A DNA stretch of 64,000 bases from assembly GCF_009834535.1 (NCBI RefSeq), contig NC_045697.1, forward strand, positions 76,076,001 to 76,140,000, read 5' to 3'. A program made the position numbers and the translations under genes. Source of the stretch: Camelus ferus. Taxonomy: Eukaryota. The notes under the pieces are model-generated. The model saw nothing but the letters and a program-made list of their open reading frames with translations. It was not told the origin of the DNA and did no database searches. Positions 62,893-64,000 of this stretch are shown piece after piece (position 1 is the stretch's first letter; every line of letters starts with the position of its first letter).

Positions 62893-64000
62893 TTAGTAAT
62901 CATTGAATAAATATTTGCTGAACAAGTGGGTAAATTCCTCTCCCTCAAATAAAAAAAAAAAAGCCAGAAGAGAAAACCTTCCTGGATGTAATCTCTCTGA
63001 GTAAAACTACTGTGTGACTTAGTCTTTGCCTACAGGGCTACCCTGTGACTTTAAAACAGCAAAATGTTTGCTTGTAAAAATACAGCATCTGGATGGCAAC
63101 TGTGGGTGACAAATTCCAGGAATACATTGGGGTGTGAGGAGAGGAGGAAAAGCAGAAATAGGCATAGCTTGGTTTTCTGAAGGCAGACCTTTAATGGTCA
63201 GCAGGTCAATTGCACAGAACCATTCAAATTAGATGTCCAGGTCTCACCTGTATGGTTAGTCTAACCTTTGTGCTCCCAGAAGTTACTAAAGCACAATGAG
63301 ATGCCCTTCCAGAGCCGGGCAAAAGTAGCACGGGGTCAGTTTTCTTCCTTCCTCATACCATCAGACCTTGCTTTGCCCCTAGAGCAGAAAAACTCCTTTA
63401 CCAAAGCACTGAGGTCAATTTTGACACTCTCAGTACCGATAAAACAACTCGAGAGAAATGCAAATGTGCTTCCTTCTCTGATGCGGCTCAGAGGTCTGGC
63501 ACCAAGAAGCCCAGGGGCTTTTAAATAAGGCAGGCACACCACCATGACTATGCCTCCCACAGTCCACACAACCACCACCTGTTACCACTTCTAGACAAGG
63601 AAACCGAGGCTCGAAGAAGTTGGGAACTCGTTCAAAGACACACAGCTAGTGAACAAACTGCCTAACTTCACGTCAGTATTTTTACCCCCACCATGAAATT
63701 AGCAACAACAGAACTTTAAAAAAAAAAAGCCTTTTAAAATTTGTTTTCCCTTAGGTAGCCTACTTTTCAAACTTCACAATGCACACACGTTATTGAATTC
63801 ACTCAAAAACTACTCAAAAAACAAATAAACATAACATAAAACCTCAGATGTCCCTGAATTATGAAGTGGGTTTGTGTTTTCTCAGCCGTGGGCTAAACGT
63901 CACATTTCTCTTGCCACTACAAGGAGATGTCTGTTCCTTCTATCTTGGGAGGAAACATTTCTTTTTGAAAAATTTAATCTTTGACTAATTTCCCCAAATA

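Larger units (their letters stand above)
10928..64000 (-). other. LEF1: LEF1 intron 3 (large; exon 3 lies beyond the window end)
   Basis: No sequence encoding the upstream LEF1 peptide (...GSLSPPIPRT) was seen in >53 kb. LEF1/TCF genes have a very large intron at this position. Confidence 0.85.

Overview
Mammalian genomic DNA, very probably camelid (three Vic-1-type tRNA-derived SINEs). The window carries the middle of LEF1 (lymphoid enhancer-binding factor 1, TCF/LEF family) on the minus strand. Five coding exons (human numbering 4-8) lie at 10927-10795, 5451-5361, 3751-3668, 1590-1468 and 460-298. They splice with GT-AG boundaries into 594 nt / 198 uninterrupted codons, from SNKVPVVQ to the first part of the HMG box. 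I found no further LEF1 exon in 10928-64000, so I read it as the large intron 3. It holds a 5'-truncated L1, older L1MB, L2, L3/CR1 and MIR relics, an MLT1 LTR, several DNA-transposon fossils, and TE-poor stretches that look like enhancers. Repeat family names come from recalled consensus sequences and their boundaries are approximate. I do not see a new protein-coding system. The best leads are non-coding: (1) an abutting inverted pair of TCF/LEF sites inside LEF1 itself, a possible autoregulatory Wnt element; (2) a 7x CUGUG cluster downstream of cassette exon 6; (3) a 65-nt pre-miRNA-sized hairpin upstream of exon 4; (4) a near-identical inverted L1 3'UTR pair, a possible dsRNA or templated insertion; (5) a diverged ~145-bp direct repeat of unknown origin.
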